DNA from: Nitrospirota bacterium
Lineage (GTDB): Bacteria > Nitrospirota > UBA9217
Direction: 5' to 3'
DNA: 64,000 nucleotides
Assembly: GCA_963663225.1 (NCBI GenBank)
Contig: OY760142.1
Location: 704,001-768,000 of the forward strand
Positions 62,447 to 64,000 of this stretch are shown piece by piece (position 1 is the stretch's first letter; the number at the start of each line of letters is the position of its first letter). Below the pieces are notes generated by a model. It made no database searches. It was given only the letters and a program-made list of their open reading frames with translations, and was not told the DNA's origin. The translations under genes were made by a program, and so were the position numbers.

Positions 62447-63922
62447 CTACTTCGGTTTCCAGGCAGTGCCGTCCGGCCGGTCGAAAAGCTCTATGCCGCC
62501 TTCATCAAGAACTTTCCTGATGCGGTCTGCTTCCGCCCAATCCTTGCGCTGCCGGGCCTCGTTCCGCAAACCGATATATTCTTCTATTTGCTCCACCGAC
62601 ATCGTCACTTTGCTGTCCATCCGCCGGCCTTCCTGGAACCATTCTTCCGGATCGCGGACGAACAGCCCGAGTGTTTCGCCTACATTGTTGAAAGCTTCGA
62701 GGGCCGTCGAAAGAATAATATATGCGGCATCTTCACGTTTTTGATCGATTTCCGCCAGATATTTGTTCACGTCACGCACTAGATCGTAAACAATGCCGAT
62801 GGCAAACGCGGTGTTAAAATCATCGTCCATGGCTTCTTCGAAAGCGTGCGGAAGGTTCAATATTTTTTCGTACAGGGGGCGGGCGGCCGCCTCAATGACT
62901 TCCTCGGGTTTGACCGGAGGAGGAGTCTTGCCCGAAAGAAATTTCTTGAGCGATTCTTTCATCCGGTAAAAACGGTCCAAACCCGCGCGCGCGTCTTTGA
63001 GGTTTGCATCGGAAAAGTCTATCGGGCTGCGATAATGCGTCGAAAGAAGAAACAGACGGACAATTTCGGCATCATACTGGTCAAGTATTTCTCGAATAGT
63101 AAAAAAGTTGCCGAGTGATTTCGACATCTTTTCAGCGTTGATATTCACAAAACCGTTGTGGAGCCAATAGTGCACAAACGGCTTGCCGGAATATCCTTCA
63201 CTCTGGGCAATCTCATTTTCATGGTGCGGAAACACGAGGTCTTTGCCCCCGGCATGGATGTCAAATGTTTCCCCAAGATGTTTGAATCCCATGGCGGAAC
63301 ATTCGATATGCCAGCCGGGCCTTCCCGGCCCCCACGGGCTTTCCCATGCAGGTTCGCCCGGCTTGGAAGCTTTCCACAATGCAAAATCGAGAGGATCGAT
63401 TTTGCGGTCATCCACCTCAACACGGGCGCCCGCTTTCAGGTCATCGAGATTTCTTTTGGAAAGCCTGCCATAGTCCTTGAAACTCGACACGCGGTAATAG
63501 ACATCGCCGTCCACAACATACGCATGTCCCTTCGCAAGCAACCCCTTGATTACCTCGATCATCTCCGGGATATGCTCAGTGGCTTTTGGTTCAATGTCCG
63601 CCTTCCCCACTCCGAGGCGCCTCATATCGGTCTGATACGCTTCAATATATTTACGCGCCACTTCTGCCGGGGTGATCCCTTCTTCATGAGCGCGGTTGAT
63701 GATCTTGTCGTCAACATCGGTGAAATTTCGGACATACTTCACCGCAAAACCTTTGCGCCTAAAGTACCGCTGGATCAGATCAAATGCCACGGCGCCGCGC
63801 GCATGTCCGAGATGGGAATAGTCATACACCGTAACACCGCACGCATACATCGTTACCTTGCCGGGGTGCAAAGGAACAAATTCCTCCTTTTTCCCGGTAA
63901 GCGTGTTAAACAGTTTAATCAT
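62447..63922 (-). CDS. cysS: Cysteine--tRNA ligase
   Basis: YACGVTVYD, HLGH, GRPGWHIECSAM, KMSKS. Confidence 0.98.
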   Translation of the reverse strand: MIKLFNTLTGKKEEFVPLHPGKVTMYACGVTVYDYSHLGHARGAVAFDLIQRYFRRKGFAVKYVRNFTDVDDKIINRAHEEGITPAEVARKYIEAYQTDMRRLGVGKADIEPKATEHIPEMIEVIKGLLAKGHAYVVDGDVYYRVSSFKDYGRLSKRNLDDLKAGARVEVDDRKIDPLDFALWKASKPGEPAWESPWGPGRPGWHIECSAMGFKHLGETFDIHAGGKDLVFPHHENEIAQSEGYSGKPFVHYWLHNGFVNINAEKMSKSLGNFFTIREILDQYDAEIVRLFLLSTHYRSPIDFSDANLKDARAGLDRFYRMKESLKKFLSGKTPPPVKPEEVIEAAARPLYEKILNLPHAFEEAMDDDFNTAFAIGIVYDLVRDVNKYLAEIDQKREDAAYIILSTALEAFNNVGETLGLFVRDPEEWFQEGRRMDSKVTMSVEQIEEYIGLRNEARQRKDWAEADRIRKVLDEGGIELFDRPDGTAWKPK

Positions 63923-64000
63923 GGATAGTGTTTCCTCGTATACTTCTGATATACTGTAATTAGTTTTATTATAGTCTAAAAAAATGAAGCCAGTGCAAAG

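Noticed and set aside
1-64000. CRISPR array, prophage, retron/RT or defence island
   Set aside because: No regularly spaced repeats with unique spacers, and no cas, integrase, reverse transcriptase or phage genes were recognised.

Overview
Bacterial chromosomal window, mostly on the minus strand. Protein style suggests a Nitrospirota/Deltaproteobacteria-like organism, which is inference only. From 27.9 to 64 kb it is core genome: cysS, rlmB, a tRNA Thr-Tyr-Gly-Thr cluster, tuf, rpmG, tRNA-Trp, secE, nusG, rplKAJL, rpoBC, and the str, S10, spc and alpha operons. This part has two apparently identical tuf copies, no adk, and recognisable L10 and L1 leaders. From 1 to 12.7 kb lie a degenerate TrpE/PabB-like gene, a membrane-anchored YhaN-like ATPase, tmk, a lipoprotein, holB, ricT, metG, a TatD-radical SAM fusion, a FadR-type regulator and a GlcD-like FAD oxidoreductase (truncated at the window edge). 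From 12.7 to 27.8 kb is a more accessory stretch with AT-rich spacers. It holds a thioesterase, TrmN6, a lipoprotein, a receiver protein, two near-duplicate lactate permeases flanking a MarR gene, a degenerate IS1595 transposase, an atypical TrxC, a GH13 enzyme and a REC-GAF-HD-GYP protein. The least explained feature is a ~310-365 nt intergenic element (about 12772-13138). It has its own predicted promoter, nested helices, a long-range closing stem and a terminal U-tract, and I could not assign it to a known RNA family. All calls were made by eye from the sequence and ORF track; no searches were run.
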